Assembly: GCA_938083505.1 (NCBI GenBank)
Contig: CALKCF010000004.1
Span: 64,001 to 128,000, forward strand
DNA length: 64,000 nt
Direction of reading: 5' to 3'
From: an uncultured archaeon
Lineage (GTDB): Archaea > Thermoproteota > Nitrososphaeria_A > Caldarchaeales > Wolframiiraptoraceae
Each line of letters opens with the position of its first letter. Positions within the stretch are counted from its first letter, which is position 1. The notes under the pieces are model-generated. The model had not been told where the DNA came from. It worked only from the letters and a program-made list of their open reading frames with translations, and did no database searches. The position numbers and the translations under genes are program-made. Shown here one piece after another: positions 39,855 to 49,215 of the stretch.

Positions 39855-40965
39855 GTGAAGATAACTGACGTTAGAGTTGTGTCACTGTACTCACCTCTTA
39901 ATGAACCTATGAAGTTATCCATCGGTACGCTTGAAAAGAGGCCTTTTGCTCTTATCGAAGTTCATACAGATGAAGGTATAATAGGCCTCGGAGAGACTTT
40001 TGTTAACTTTCCACCATGGTCGGTCGAGGAAAGAAGAACAACTCTCAAGAATGTAAAAACTGCTTTTAGGTGAAGATCCTACAAATATCGAGGCTATATG
40101 GAAAAAGATGTACACATCGCTAGTAAAGATGGGACTTCAATGTGGTTGTAAGGGCGCTATGCTCCAAGTGATTAGCGGAATAGACATAGCCCTTTGGGAC
40201 ATACTCGGAAAAGTAAAGAACCAACCTATATGCAAACTCATATCCAATAATCCAAAGCAGAAATTAAGACTTTATGCAACAGGACTCAGCGCTAGCGACC
40301 CAGTTGGGCATGCAAGGAGTTTAGTATCAGAAGGATACGACACCTTAAAGCTTAGGATAGGATTTGATCCTGAGAAGGATGTCGAGCTCGTGAAAAGTGT
40401 AAGGAAGGCTGTAGGCAAAGATGTCAGGCTAATCGCGGACGCGAACATGGCTTGGGACTATAAAAAGGCATTAGAGATAGCAAGGAGGTTAGAAAAGTAC
40501 GAACTCTTCTGGCTTGAGGAACCTATCATATGTGACGACCTAGATGGCATGTCAAGACTTGCAGCGGAACTTGAGACTTGGATCGATGCAGGAGAGAATG
40601 TATATGGTTTGGCTGAGTTTGAAAGGATGATAAATAAGAGGGCCGCCGATGTTCTCATGCCTGACGTCAGCAAGACTGGTGGTATAACCGAAGGTATTAA
40701 GATAGCCAATTTAATAAATTCGAACGGCCTACCTTTCTCGCCACACTTTTACGGCTCTGAAGTTGGCTTTGTGACGACCTTACATTTTGTTGCGGCAACC
40801 GAAGGGTGTTTGATAGTTCAAAGAGATATATCAGATGTACCCCTCTTCAAGGATATGCTAAAAGAGCCAGTAAAGATAGATGATGGGTATGCGGAGGTGC
40901 CCAAAGCTCCCGGCCTAGGAATAGAGCTAAACTGGGAGAGGTTAGAAATATACCGCAAAAGTTAG
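39855..40965 (+). CDS. Mandelate racemase/muconate lactonizing enzyme family, frameshifted
   Basis: TDEG..G.GE, SGIDIALWDI.GK, KLR, DAN, WLEEP, GE and GGITE. One extra A in the A5 run at 40055-59 splits the gene. Confidence 0.85.
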
Positions 40966-41011
40966 TATCAAACAACAGTTCCAAACTAATAGAAGAAGGT
41001 GAATTTATTAA

Positions 41012-41797
41012 TTACTGAAAAATTTCCATGAGTTCTTTCAGTAGTTTATCATTAGCAGCAGCAACGTAGCTTATGTCTCCTTTATAGAGTAGGTCTAAGT
41101 TTTTCAACGACCCATCCAAACTCTCCACAACACCGCCTGCCTGCATCACTATATACGCCGCAGCTGCCATATCAACGACCCTCACACCCTCCAGAGCAAG
41201 GAAGCAATCTAACCTTCCGCAACTTACGTATGCGGTCTCAAGGGCTGCGGAACCCATGGACCTCGTATAACGAGCCCTTGAGATCACGTGTTCAGCAAAC
41301 ATCGATAGCTTTTCATTATGCTTGAAAACCTTTAGGTCTAATGAAACTATGGCTTCATTCAATGAAGTTGTGTTTGACGGTCTGACCAGCTTATCGTTTA
41401 TATATGCACCTCTTTTGTCTGCTATGATAACCTCGCCGTTAACTAAGTTGATTATGCCGGCAGCGATTATGTCCGAAAACTTCTTTCCCTTAGAGATTGC
41501 TATGGCCGCGGAGTAAAAAGGCAAGTCTTGCTTCAGGTTTACTGTTCCATCCACTGGGTCCACGATAGCTAAGTACTCAGAATTGTCCACGTCGCCGAGG
41601 AGTCCTGTTTCCTCACTAATTATTGAGATGTTTTGTATAGCGCTCTTTAACACATCGATTATAGCTTTTTCAGAGGCGACATCCGCCACAGTAGATATAT
41701 CACCGAAAGCACCAGCGTTTAGCTCACGTCCTTTGTCTTCTAGGTTATTTACTGTTACCCTTGCCGCCTCTAGTGCTTTTTTTATTATTAACTCCAA
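41012..41797 (-). CDS. suhB: Inositol monophosphatase / FBPase family
   Basis: SEE, DPVDGT.N, GSAALE and D.AAA motifs. Confidence 0.9.
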   Translation of the reverse strand: MELIIKKALEAARVTVNNLEDKGRELNAGAFGDISTVADVASEKAIIDVLKSAIQNISIISEETGLLGDVDNSEYLAIVDPVDGTVNLKQDLPFYSAAIAISKGKKFSDIIAAGIINLVNGEVIIADKRGAYINDKLVRPSNTTSLNEAIVSLDLKVFKHNEKLSMFAEHVISRARYTRSMGSAALETAYVSCGRLDCFLALEGVRVVDMAAAAYIVMQAGGVVESLDGSLKNLDLLYKGDISYVAAANDKLLKELMEIFQ

Positions 41798-41811
41798 GTT
41801 AGGTCTTTTTC

Positions 41812-42819
41812 CTAAATCACTTTGACTTTATCGAGAGGTCTGATTTTCATAACTTCTGTGTTGAACAGTGAGAGCGGGGGCTCACCTTTCAGGACCTTAA
41901 CGACATTCAACGCACCCGTCTCTGCCATCGCATACCTTGCTTCATACGAAGCATTACCTATGTGGGGCGTTAAGACCACGTTTGGAAGTGTCAGTAATGG
42001 ACTATCCATGGGTAGCGGTTCGACCTCGAAGACGTCAAGCCCTGCCCCAGCTATCCAGCCTTCTTTTAAAGCCTTTATCAATGCTTTCTCGTCCACAACA
42101 GGCCCTCTTGAAGTATTTATTAGGAATGCTGTCTTTTTCATCATCTTAAGCCTTTCTTCATTTATCAGATGGTATGTATCTTTGGATAGAAATACATGTA
42201 TGGAAACAAAATCTGACGTTTTTAGAAGCTCCTCAAGGTTAACAAACCTTATTCCGAGCTCCTCCTCAGCCTTCTGATTCCTTATAATGTCGTAGTAGAT
42301 TAGGTTCATGCCGAACGCCTTTGCTCTTACGGCCGTCGCATAACCTATCTTACCAAGTCCAATTATGCCCAATGTTTTATCCTTAAGTTCTGTTCCCAAC
42401 ATCATGAAGGGTGTCCATGCAATTTTCCACTTTCCCTCTCTTATGTATCTGTCACCTTCAACTATTCTCCTAGCAACTGCAAGCATAAGACCTATGGCCA
42501 CTTCAGATACGGGCTCAGATGCTGCTGGAGAATTTGTAACATATATTCCCTTAGACGTAGCGTAAGCTACGTCTATATGATCAACACCTGCTGTAATTGT
42601 GCCTATAATTCTGAGGTCTGGTGCAGCATCTATCACCTCTTTATCTACTTTAGCTGTTAGGTGACAGAGTATGGCTTGGACATCTTTTACACTTTTAACG
42701 AACTCATCATGCGGTATCGGCTCATCCTTTTCTCTGTAGATCACTTCGCACTCTTTTTTCAGAACTTCTATACCTGACTCCGGTATCCTGTTGGTTACGA
42801 ATACTTTAGGTTTCATCAT
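41812..42819 (-). CDS. gyaR: Glyoxylate reductase / D-2-hydroxyacid dehydrogenase
   Basis: GVDHID, GLGKIG, NTSRG, GAGLDVFE.EP and TPHIG. Confidence 0.9.
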   Translation of the reverse strand: MMKPKVFVTNRIPESGIEVLKKECEVIYREKDEPIPHDEFVKSVKDVQAILCHLTAKVDKEVIDAAPDLRIIGTITAGVDHIDVAYATSKGIYVTNSPAASEPVSEVAIGLMLAVARRIVEGDRYIREGKWKIAWTPFMMLGTELKDKTLGIIGLGKIGYATAVRAKAFGMNLIYYDIIRNQKAEEELGIRFVNLEELLKTSDFVSIHVFLSKDTYHLINEERLKMMKKTAFLINTSRGPVVDEKALIKALKEGWIAGAGLDVFEVEPLPMDSPLLTLPNVVLTPHIGNASYEARYAMAETGALNVVKVLKGEPPLSLFNTEVMKIRPLDKVKVI

Positions 42820-42853
42820 AGTTTATTTCAAAATTTTTAGTTAAATATAAATT

Positions 42854-43120
42854 TCACCTTCGCTTCTGTTTTAAGATCTTTTCTACAGTTTTCGAAAGTT
42901 CTGGCCATTTTTTTCTGACTTCCGCCTCAATTATTTTAGCTATTTCGTCGCTTATGCTGTAGCGTGGTAGTAAGCTTTTCCTGTAGTTGAATATTGCCGC
43001 CGAGAGCGGAGAGTAGAAGGTAAGCCTTGGTTGTTTTACGGCTAGCTTTATTGCCTCTGTTAAGAATTTCTTGTTTATCTTCTCCTGTTTTTTGTTTGAA
43101 GGGGTTTGTTTTATTTTCAT
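42854..43120 (-). CDS. SegB-like ribbon-helix-helix DNA-binding protein (no adjacent segA)
   Basis: Gapless by-eye match of PRLTFYSPLSAAIFNYRKSLLPRYSISDEIAKIIEAEVRKKWPEL to the Sulfolobus SegB core as I recall it, with P, S, Y, P, S, E and aromatic-P-x-L conserved. Confidence 0.65.
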   Translation of the reverse strand: MKIKQTPSNKKQEKINKKFLTEAIKLAVKQPRLTFYSPLSAAIFNYRKSLLPRYSISDEIAKIIEAEVRKKWPELSKTVEKILKQKRR

Positions 43121-43155
43121 ACTTTCATCGACTTTTGAAAATTTATGAAAGTTAT

Positions 43156-43188
43156 AAGGTTTACCTTTTATGTTTTAAGGTAAACCTA
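43156..43188. promoter_or_regulatory. Pair 1 of AAGGT-NN-ACCT(T/A) palindromes, 21-bp spacing
   Basis: AAGGTTTACCTT 43156-67 and AAGGTAAACCTA 43177-88, overlapping the promoter region of the SegB-like gene. Confidence 0.75.
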
Positions 43189-43441
43189 ACAATTCGATAA
43201 CTATTGCAATTCGATCGTGAACGAATAAGGTGAAGCAGTTTAATTCAATATAAAATGAATTAATACTCTACCAAACACCTGAGAGGTTATAAAGCCCCCT
43301 CGAAAAACCCTATTTTTCGCGTTTTCGGCAGGATTTCTCATAAGAATCGGTTGGGGAATCGTGTATTTGTAAAAATAAGTCATTATTCAATGACTTAGCG
43401 TGGAAGAGGTTTTGTTCTTATTACTTGATGAATTTTCATCA

Positions 43442-43474
43442 AAGGTTTACCTAAAAAGGTAGAAGGTTTACCTT
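43442..43474. promoter_or_regulatory. Pair 2 of AAGGT-NN-ACCT(T/A) palindromes, 21-bp spacing
   Basis: AAGGTTTACCTA 43442-53 and AAGGTTTACCTT 43463-74. The second copy overlaps the purA stop codon. Confidence 0.75.
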
Positions 43475-44748
43475 ATAACAATTTCGCGCCGTTCAGCACC
43501 TATTGATACATACTTGATAGGACAAACCAAAAGCTTTTCCAGAAATTCAATGTAGTCCCTCAATTGCTTTGGAAGAGCATCGAAATTTCCCTTCAGCGCT
43601 TCGACCTTTTCCTTTTCCGAAAGTTCCCTCCACCCCTCCAGCTCGACATACACGGGTTTACACTTTTCCAGAACATGGAGCGAGCTGGGGAAGGTTTTAA
43701 CCTCTTGACCGTTAACCTCATAAGCCAAGCAAACCTTGACTGGGTCTATATTCGTAAGACAGTCTACTTTCGTCACAGCCACCGATGTAACACCGTTTAG
43801 CATTATTGAATACCTTACGGCTACTGCATCGAACCAGCCAACCCTTCTGGGCCTACCGGTTGTTGTTCCGTACTCTTTCCCTTTCTCTCTTACTATCGAA
43901 GCTACGGGCTCTTCCATCTCTGTCGGAAACGGACCTTTACCGACTCTTGTTGTGTATGCTTTAGTAACGCCTATGATCTCGTCAACCCTTTTTGGACCTA
44001 TGCCCACGCTATTACATGCAGCTCCTGCTGTTGTGTTTGAAGATGTAACGAAAGGATAGGTTCCGTGATCTATGTCCAATAGCGTTCCTTGGGCTCCTTC
44101 TAGTATGACAAAACCTCCCTTGTCTAGCGTCTCATTTACGAGGCGTGCCACGTCCCCAACATATTTTCCTAACTTTGAGGCAACCTCGTGGAGAAACTGG
44201 GTCACATGTTCAACGTCCAGCTCTACCTTTATATTGTAGACATCTGATAAGAGGGCTTTTGTCATGGTTATGCTTTTCTCAAGTCTGGACCTTATGGACT
44301 CTATCTCTACCAAATCAGAGAACCTTATGCCAACCCTTGCAGACTTATAGGTATAGGTTGGACCTATGCCCATTCTAGTCGTTCCAACACCCTTACCGGA
44401 CGACTCTTCAGCCTCATCCAGCATCTTGTGTATGTCCAACACTATATGCGCTTTGCCGTCTATTGTTAGCTTCGGTTGTATACCTTCTCTGTTCAATGAT
44501 TCCAGTTCCTTGAGGAGCTTTACAGGATCTATTACCATGCCCGAGGCAAGGCAGACGTGCTTACCCCTAAGTGCTGCAACAGGTAGATGATGAAATCTGT
44601 AAATCTTCCCATTAAGGACGACTGTATGGCCCGCGTTAGCACCGCCTTGGTATCTCACCGCCAAATCTGCGTTTTCTGATATAAAGTCCACGATCTTGCC
44701 TTTACCCTCATCGCCCCATTGGAGACCGACGATTACTACGGCTGGCAT
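43468..44748 (-). CDS. purA: Adenylosuccinate synthetase
   Basis: QWGDEGKG, GGANAGHT, EGAQG, GTYPFVTSS and TTGRPRR. Confidence 0.97.
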   Translation of the reverse strand: MPAVVIVGLQWGDEGKGKIVDFISENADLAVRYQGGANAGHTVVLNGKIYRFHHLPVAALRGKHVCLASGMVIDPVKLLKELESLNREGIQPKLTIDGKAHIVLDIHKMLDEAEESSGKGVGTTRMGIGPTYTYKSARVGIRFSDLVEIESIRSRLEKSITMTKALLSDVYNIKVELDVEHVTQFLHEVASKLGKYVGDVARLVNETLDKGGFVILEGAQGTLLDIDHGTYPFVTSSNTTAGAACNSVGIGPKRVDEIIGVTKAYTTRVGKGPFPTEMEEPVASIVREKGKEYGTTTGRPRRVGWFDAVAVRYSIMLNGVTSVAVTKVDCLTNIDPVKVCLAYEVNGQEVKTFPSSLHVLEKCKPVYVELEGWRELSEKEKVEALKGNFDALPKQLRDYIEFLEKLLVCPIKYVSIGAERREIVIR

Positions 44749-44751
44749 CGC

Positions 44752-46206
44752 TCACTCTATTACCTCAACGTCATGAGGATAGCTTTCTTTTATACCGGCT
44801 TCAGATAGGCTGATAAACTTAGCATTATTCCAGAGTTCTCTTATGTTCCTTGCACCACAGTAACTCATGCCAGCTCTTAGAGCTGCTACAAGCTGGTTAA
44901 GGAGCTCTGAGGCCCTCCCCCTATAGGGTACGTATGCCTCCACACCCTCAGATGTGTATGCATAATCTACTATAGAGTCCAAATCTATCTGCTTGTCTTC
45001 TTTGAAGTCTCTAGCTAGCATGGCATAGAATGATGCCATGCCCCTATAGACCTTATACTTCTTGCCACCCCTAGATATCGTTGCACCAGGACTCTCATCC
45101 GTACCAGCAAGGAGGCTGCCTATCATCACTGTTGATGCGCCTGCGGCAATCGCTTTGACAAGGTCACCGCTGTTACGTATACCGCCATCAGCTATTATAG
45201 GCACACCCCACTCGATAGATTTCTCGGCGCAGCTGAGTATTGCAGTAAGCTGCGGTACACCGACGCCGGTTACGATTCTCGTAGTGCACACAGTCCCAGG
45301 TCCTATCCCAACCTTGACAGCGTCGGCACCAGCGGAAGCAAGGTCCTCAAAACCTTCAGGTGTAGCTACATTACCGGCAACCACTTGAATGTCACCGAAG
45401 GTTTCTTTAAGTTTCCTAACAGCCCTTATGACTTCGTCTGTGTGACCGTGGGCAACATCGATGACTAAGGCATCTGCACTGGCATCCAGTAATACTTTTG
45501 CCCTCTCCAGGTAGCCTTCCCTTATTCCTATTGCGGCGGCGACCAAAAGCCTACCCTTTTGATCTCTCGCGGCATTCGGATACATGCTCTTGATCATGAT
45601 GTCTTTTGCTGTTACGAGACCGACTACTTTGTCCTCTTCATCAACAAGCGGTAACTTCTCAACTTTGTACTTCTTGAATATCTCTTTTGCCTCCTCTAGC
45701 GTTATCTTTCGGGTAGATACCACGAGTCTTTCTCTGGGCGTCATAACGTCTATTATAGGTTTTTCATAATTCTCCTCAAAGAGTATGTCGCGCTTCGTAA
45801 CTAGGCCTTTGAGCTTGCCATCCTCTTCAACAACCAAAAGCCCTCCTACGCCGTAGTTTTCCATGAGTTCCTTCGCTTTTCCGACTGTGCTTTTAAAGGG
45901 CAGCGTGTATGGTTTCTCTATTATGATATTTTCGGCCCTCTTAACGCGCTGAACCTCTTGGGCTTGACGCTCGATGGACATGAATCTATGGATAACACCT
46001 ATGCCTCCATGTCTTGCCATCGTAATTGCCATCTCAGATTCCGTAACGGTGTCCATCGCTGAAGAGACTATTGGTATATTCAGCCGTATCTTCTTCGTGA
46101 AGAAAGTTTCTATCGAAACCTCTTTTCTTGAATGTAGAGGGAATCTACGGGGCACGAGAAGGACGTCGTCGAAGGTTAAACCTCTCTCTATTTCCTTTAC
46201 GACCAC
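44752..46206 (-). CDS. guaB: IMP dehydrogenase (with CBS domains)
   Basis: [30 protein letters not shown] and YRGM. Confidence 0.95.
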   Translation of the reverse strand: MVVKEIERGLTFDDVLLVPRRFPLHSRKEVSIETFFTKKIRLNIPIVSSAMDTVTESEMAITMARHGGIGVIHRFMSIERQAQEVQRVKRAENIIIEKPYTLPFKSTVGKAKELMENYGVGGLLVVEEDGKLKGLVTKRDILFEENYEKPIIDVMTPRERLVVSTRKITLEEAKEIFKKYKVEKLPLVDEEDKVVGLVTAKDIMIKSMYPNAARDQKGRLLVAAAIGIREGYLERAKVLLDASADALVIDVAHGHTDEVIRAVRKLKETFGDIQVVAGNVATPEGFEDLASAGADAVKVGIGPGTVCTTRIVTGVGVPQLTAILSCAEKSIEWGVPIIADGGIRNSGDLVKAIAAGASTVMIGSLLAGTDESPGATISRGGKKYKVYRGMASFYAMLARDFKEDKQIDLDSIVDYAYTSEGVEAYVPYRGRASELLNQLVAALRAGMSYCGARNIRELWNNAKFISLSEAGIKESYPHDVEVIE

Positions 46207-46251
46207 TTAATCCCTTAGCCCACTGATTATGTGGCTAAATTTAAAGATTAA

Positions 46252-47271
46252 CTAGGTCACGAGTTTCTCTAAGTCGGAAGTTTCATATGCGAGCCTTATC
46301 TCCCTAGCTATTCTTCTACCCATGCTCATTTCCTCACCATATATTAAGTAGGAGTATGGCGAGCCGCTTATGAAGAGGTTTGTGCCAGCAACTATCCTAG
46401 CCGAGAACTCAAAAACAACCACATCATCTGGTGTTCTACAAGCAGCCTCTATACAAAAAGGTCCTATTATGCCAGGCGGCACGAGCCTTTTCGTAGCCTC
46501 AACAAACCTCTCAGCTATATCGAAAAATTTTTCCAAAATGGATTCCCTTAGGACCAGAGGTATGTTGCCCACGACTTCGTAAGTTGGTTGCATGTCAAGA
46601 TTCAGTTGGTCTGATGCCGGTATCCTTCCTAAAGAATCGACATTTGTTTCATACCTCCTGTCAACACCAAGCAACTCCACCTCTTCTTTAAGGGGTGAAT
46701 AGAAAAAGTGAGGATATACCGTTACGCCTATTACGTACTCCTGTATGTAAAACTCACAGTTCGTTTTTACGCTCATTTTCGTCAGTTTTTTTATCAAATC
46801 CTCTCTTCCGCTTGCTAAGAAGTAACCCTTGCCTCCTTCTGCGCCTGGCAGCTTGACTATAACAGGGCAATCCACTTCATCTGGTGAGCTAAAACTCCTC
46901 GGCACCTTTATACCTGCCTCTTTAAGTAACCTTTCTTTAAGTTCTCTGTCCGATTCCCAGAGTAGGAGTTCCCTGTTCCCAAAAATGGGGACCTTGAAAT
47001 CCCTAATGAACTTACTAATATTAACATCCGATATTATCGTTCCATGGGGTACGAGTATACTGCCCATGTTCATTAAGGTCTTTTGTATATGTCCTCTTAT
47101 CAGATCTTCCACATTGTCTACTAAGAGTAGCTCATCCGCTAACCTGAACCTCTCGTAGAATTTACGGCGACTCCTAGGGCATAGAAGTACTGTTTTAAGC
47201 CCCTCATCTTTAGCACCTTTTAGTATTTGAAGGGCTGAGTGTGAGCCATAGGTAGTGACGGATATGTTCAT
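46252..47271 (-). CDS. purP: PurP-family ATP-grasp ligase (formate--AICAR ligase)
   Basis: SHSALQI..GAK.EG, GGKGYF, DRRYE, LRES and EFSARIVAGTN. Confidence 0.88.
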   Translation of the reverse strand: MNISVTTYGSHSALQILKGAKDEGLKTVLLCPRSRRKFYERFRLADELLLVDNVEDLIRGHIQKTLMNMGSILVPHGTIISDVNISKFIRDFKVPIFGNRELLLWESDRELKERLLKEAGIKVPRSFSSPDEVDCPVIVKLPGAEGGKGYFLASGREDLIKKLTKMSVKTNCEFYIQEYVIGVTVYPHFFYSPLKEEVELLGVDRRYETNVDSLGRIPASDQLNLDMQPTYEVVGNIPLVLRESILEKFFDIAERFVEATKRLVPPGIIGPFCIEAACRTPDDVVVFEFSARIVAGTNLFISGSPYSYLIYGEEMSMGRRIAREIRLAYETSDLEKLVT

Positions 47272-48374
47272 GTAACCACCTCTTTTAACCTATTCTGTTC
47301 CATTGCCCTCTTGAGCTCCATCGCTATCCTCCTACCGACGCCTATAACAAAACCATGGTAGTATTTTGAATAAGGGCTAGTCGTGGTTAGCATAGGGCTT
47401 CCCGGAACCCTTAATGAAACGTCAAAAACTACAAAATCTAAATCCTTATTTATTGCGCCCTGGAGGGCGAACGGTCCTATTATACCTGGCGGATATTCTT
47501 CCTTTACGGTCTCTACAAACCTTTCACCAACTTCCAAGACTTTCTCCAACAACGACTCCCTCACGGATGCTGGCTGATGACCTACTTCTATGTTCTGGAG
47601 TAGGATGTTAATCTCCAGTTGGTCCTTAGCAGGAAGGTTGACAAAGTCGTAGAGATTTGTCTGAAGTCTTCTATCTATGCCAAGAAACTCAAGGTTACTA
47701 TCGATGGGTGAATAGAAGTAATTGAAATTGAAGAATGTGCCTATAACAAGTTCTTCTATCACAGCCTTAGATAACTCCTCTTCGGATATTAGACCCGCCT
47801 CAATCCTTTCTCGAACCTTTTGCCTATATTCCGAGGGTGAGGAAGCAATAAAAAAGGCTCTCTCCACCTTCCTCTTAGCTTCCTGTACCTTCACCATCAC
47901 GGGCCTATCTATTTCGTCAGGTGAGCTGAACCTCATGGGCGTCCTTATGCCAGCCTTTGAGAGGAGATAGTACTGATTCTTTTCTGCCCACCTTTCTTCT
48001 GCCTTCAATAGGGCCCTATTACCGAAGATTGGTACTAAGAATACGTTCTCTATACCCTCATAGGGCACATAGGTCGTAAAAGACCTATTTGGAACGAATA
48101 TAGAGTTTGATGCCCTTAGCTCATTTATTATATCTTTTCTCAGAACTTCGCTAAATTTGTTAACTATGAGTATCCTGTCAACTATTCTCTTAAAGTGCAC
48201 ATAGGCCCTCATCCTGTCTTTTTGACAAACAGCCATCGTCGAAAGCCCTTCGTCCTTTGCACCATCAAAGACTTCTAAGGCCGAGTGACTACCTATGCAG
48301 CTAACAGATAACGCTCTCGTATTATAACTCTCTATAAGCTCTGCTATCTGTGACCTCTCGATCAAACTCAGCAC
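47268..48374 (-). CDS. PurP-like ATP-grasp paralog
   Basis: SHSAL...GAKDEG, PNRSF, ERAFF, RESLLE, GPFALQ and DVSLRVPG. Confidence 0.85.
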   Translation of the reverse strand: MLSLIERSQIAELIESYNTRALSVSCIGSHSALEVFDGAKDEGLSTMAVCQKDRMRAYVHFKRIVDRILIVNKFSEVLRKDIINELRASNSIFVPNRSFTTYVPYEGIENVFLVPIFGNRALLKAEERWAEKNQYYLLSKAGIRTPMRFSSPDEIDRPVMVKVQEAKRKVERAFFIASSPSEYRQKVRERIEAGLISEEELSKAVIEELVIGTFFNFNYFYSPIDSNLEFLGIDRRLQTNLYDFVNLPAKDQLEINILLQNIEVGHQPASVRESLLEKVLEVGERFVETVKEEYPPGIIGPFALQGAINKDLDFVVFDVSLRVPGSPMLTTTSPYSKYYHGFVIGVGRRIAMELKRAMEQNRLKEVVT

Positions 48375-48435
48375 CTACACAGGACCTCAGTATGTTGAAG
48401 ATAAAAAATTTTTAAGGATTAAAAATAAAGAATTT

Positions 48436-48864
48436 TTAGACACCTTCCCGGACCACTTCAGTTCTGACCATGATGGACGATCTGTCAGCAAAGTGCTTTG
48501 TGTATCCCTTCGGGGCTAACCCTTTAACTATATATTCAAAGGCTTTCTCAGGCTGACTTTCACGACCGCAGGTATAAACATCAACGGTTGCATAGTGGTA
48601 GGCGGGCCATGTATGTACTGCAACATGACTTTCTGTAACCAGAGCTATTACCGATATACCGCCTTTTTTGCTAAAGAACTTCCAAGATTTAAGCTCAACT
48701 AAATGCATATTCGCTATCTTAACAGCATCCCTTACCAACTTTCTCAGATAGCCCTCATTAGCTATCAGACGAACGTCGCACTCATAGAGATTTCCATAAA
48801 CGTGCTTGCCTACTATGTTATCCTCGCCTTCCTTGAATGTAGTCAACTTGTAGTTACTCAACAT
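48436..48864 (-). CDS. Pyruvoyl-dependent decarboxylase proenzyme (AdoMetDC family), probably the crenarchaeal arginine decarboxylase type
   Basis: ESH cleavage site, HTWP and D.YTCG. GKHVYGNLY, KKGG.SVIALV and FADRSS resemble the ArgDC subgroup. Confidence 0.85.
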   Translation of the reverse strand: MLSNYKLTTFKEGEDNIVGKHVYGNLYECDVRLIANEGYLRKLVRDAVKIANMHLVELKSWKFFSKKGGISVIALVTESHVAVHTWPAYHYATVDVYTCGRESQPEKAFEYIVKGLAPKGYTKHFADRSSIMVRTEVVREGV

Positions 48865-49215
48865 TTTTTGTCTATTTGCTCTACAAACTAAATTATAAAT
48901 GTTCACTCACACATAAGGTCAGAGCGCTATTAACAACTCCTACTTACACACGTTAACTTTCAGATCGTAAACGATCGCGAGTTCTCATAAATTGCTAATT
49001 TGCTCGATATCATCATTCAAAAATGAAACAAAATTTGCAAACTAACTGAACAACAAGGAAAACGAGCACACAATCCTGCCTGCCAACTCAGCATAGTTTG
49101 GCCATGAATGATCTGAAATCACTCACTAACATCAGCGACTAACCAACTCATGGGAGTCTCCTCTTACGATAAAGTTTTTTAAATAGAAGTGCTCACCTAA
49201 AGTAGGTCATCCCTT

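Noticed and set aside
43156-43188. 11-bp inverted repeat as a dif site
   Set aside because: The spacer is 9 bp rather than 6, each arm is itself a palindrome that recurs nearby, and there is no xer gene in the window.
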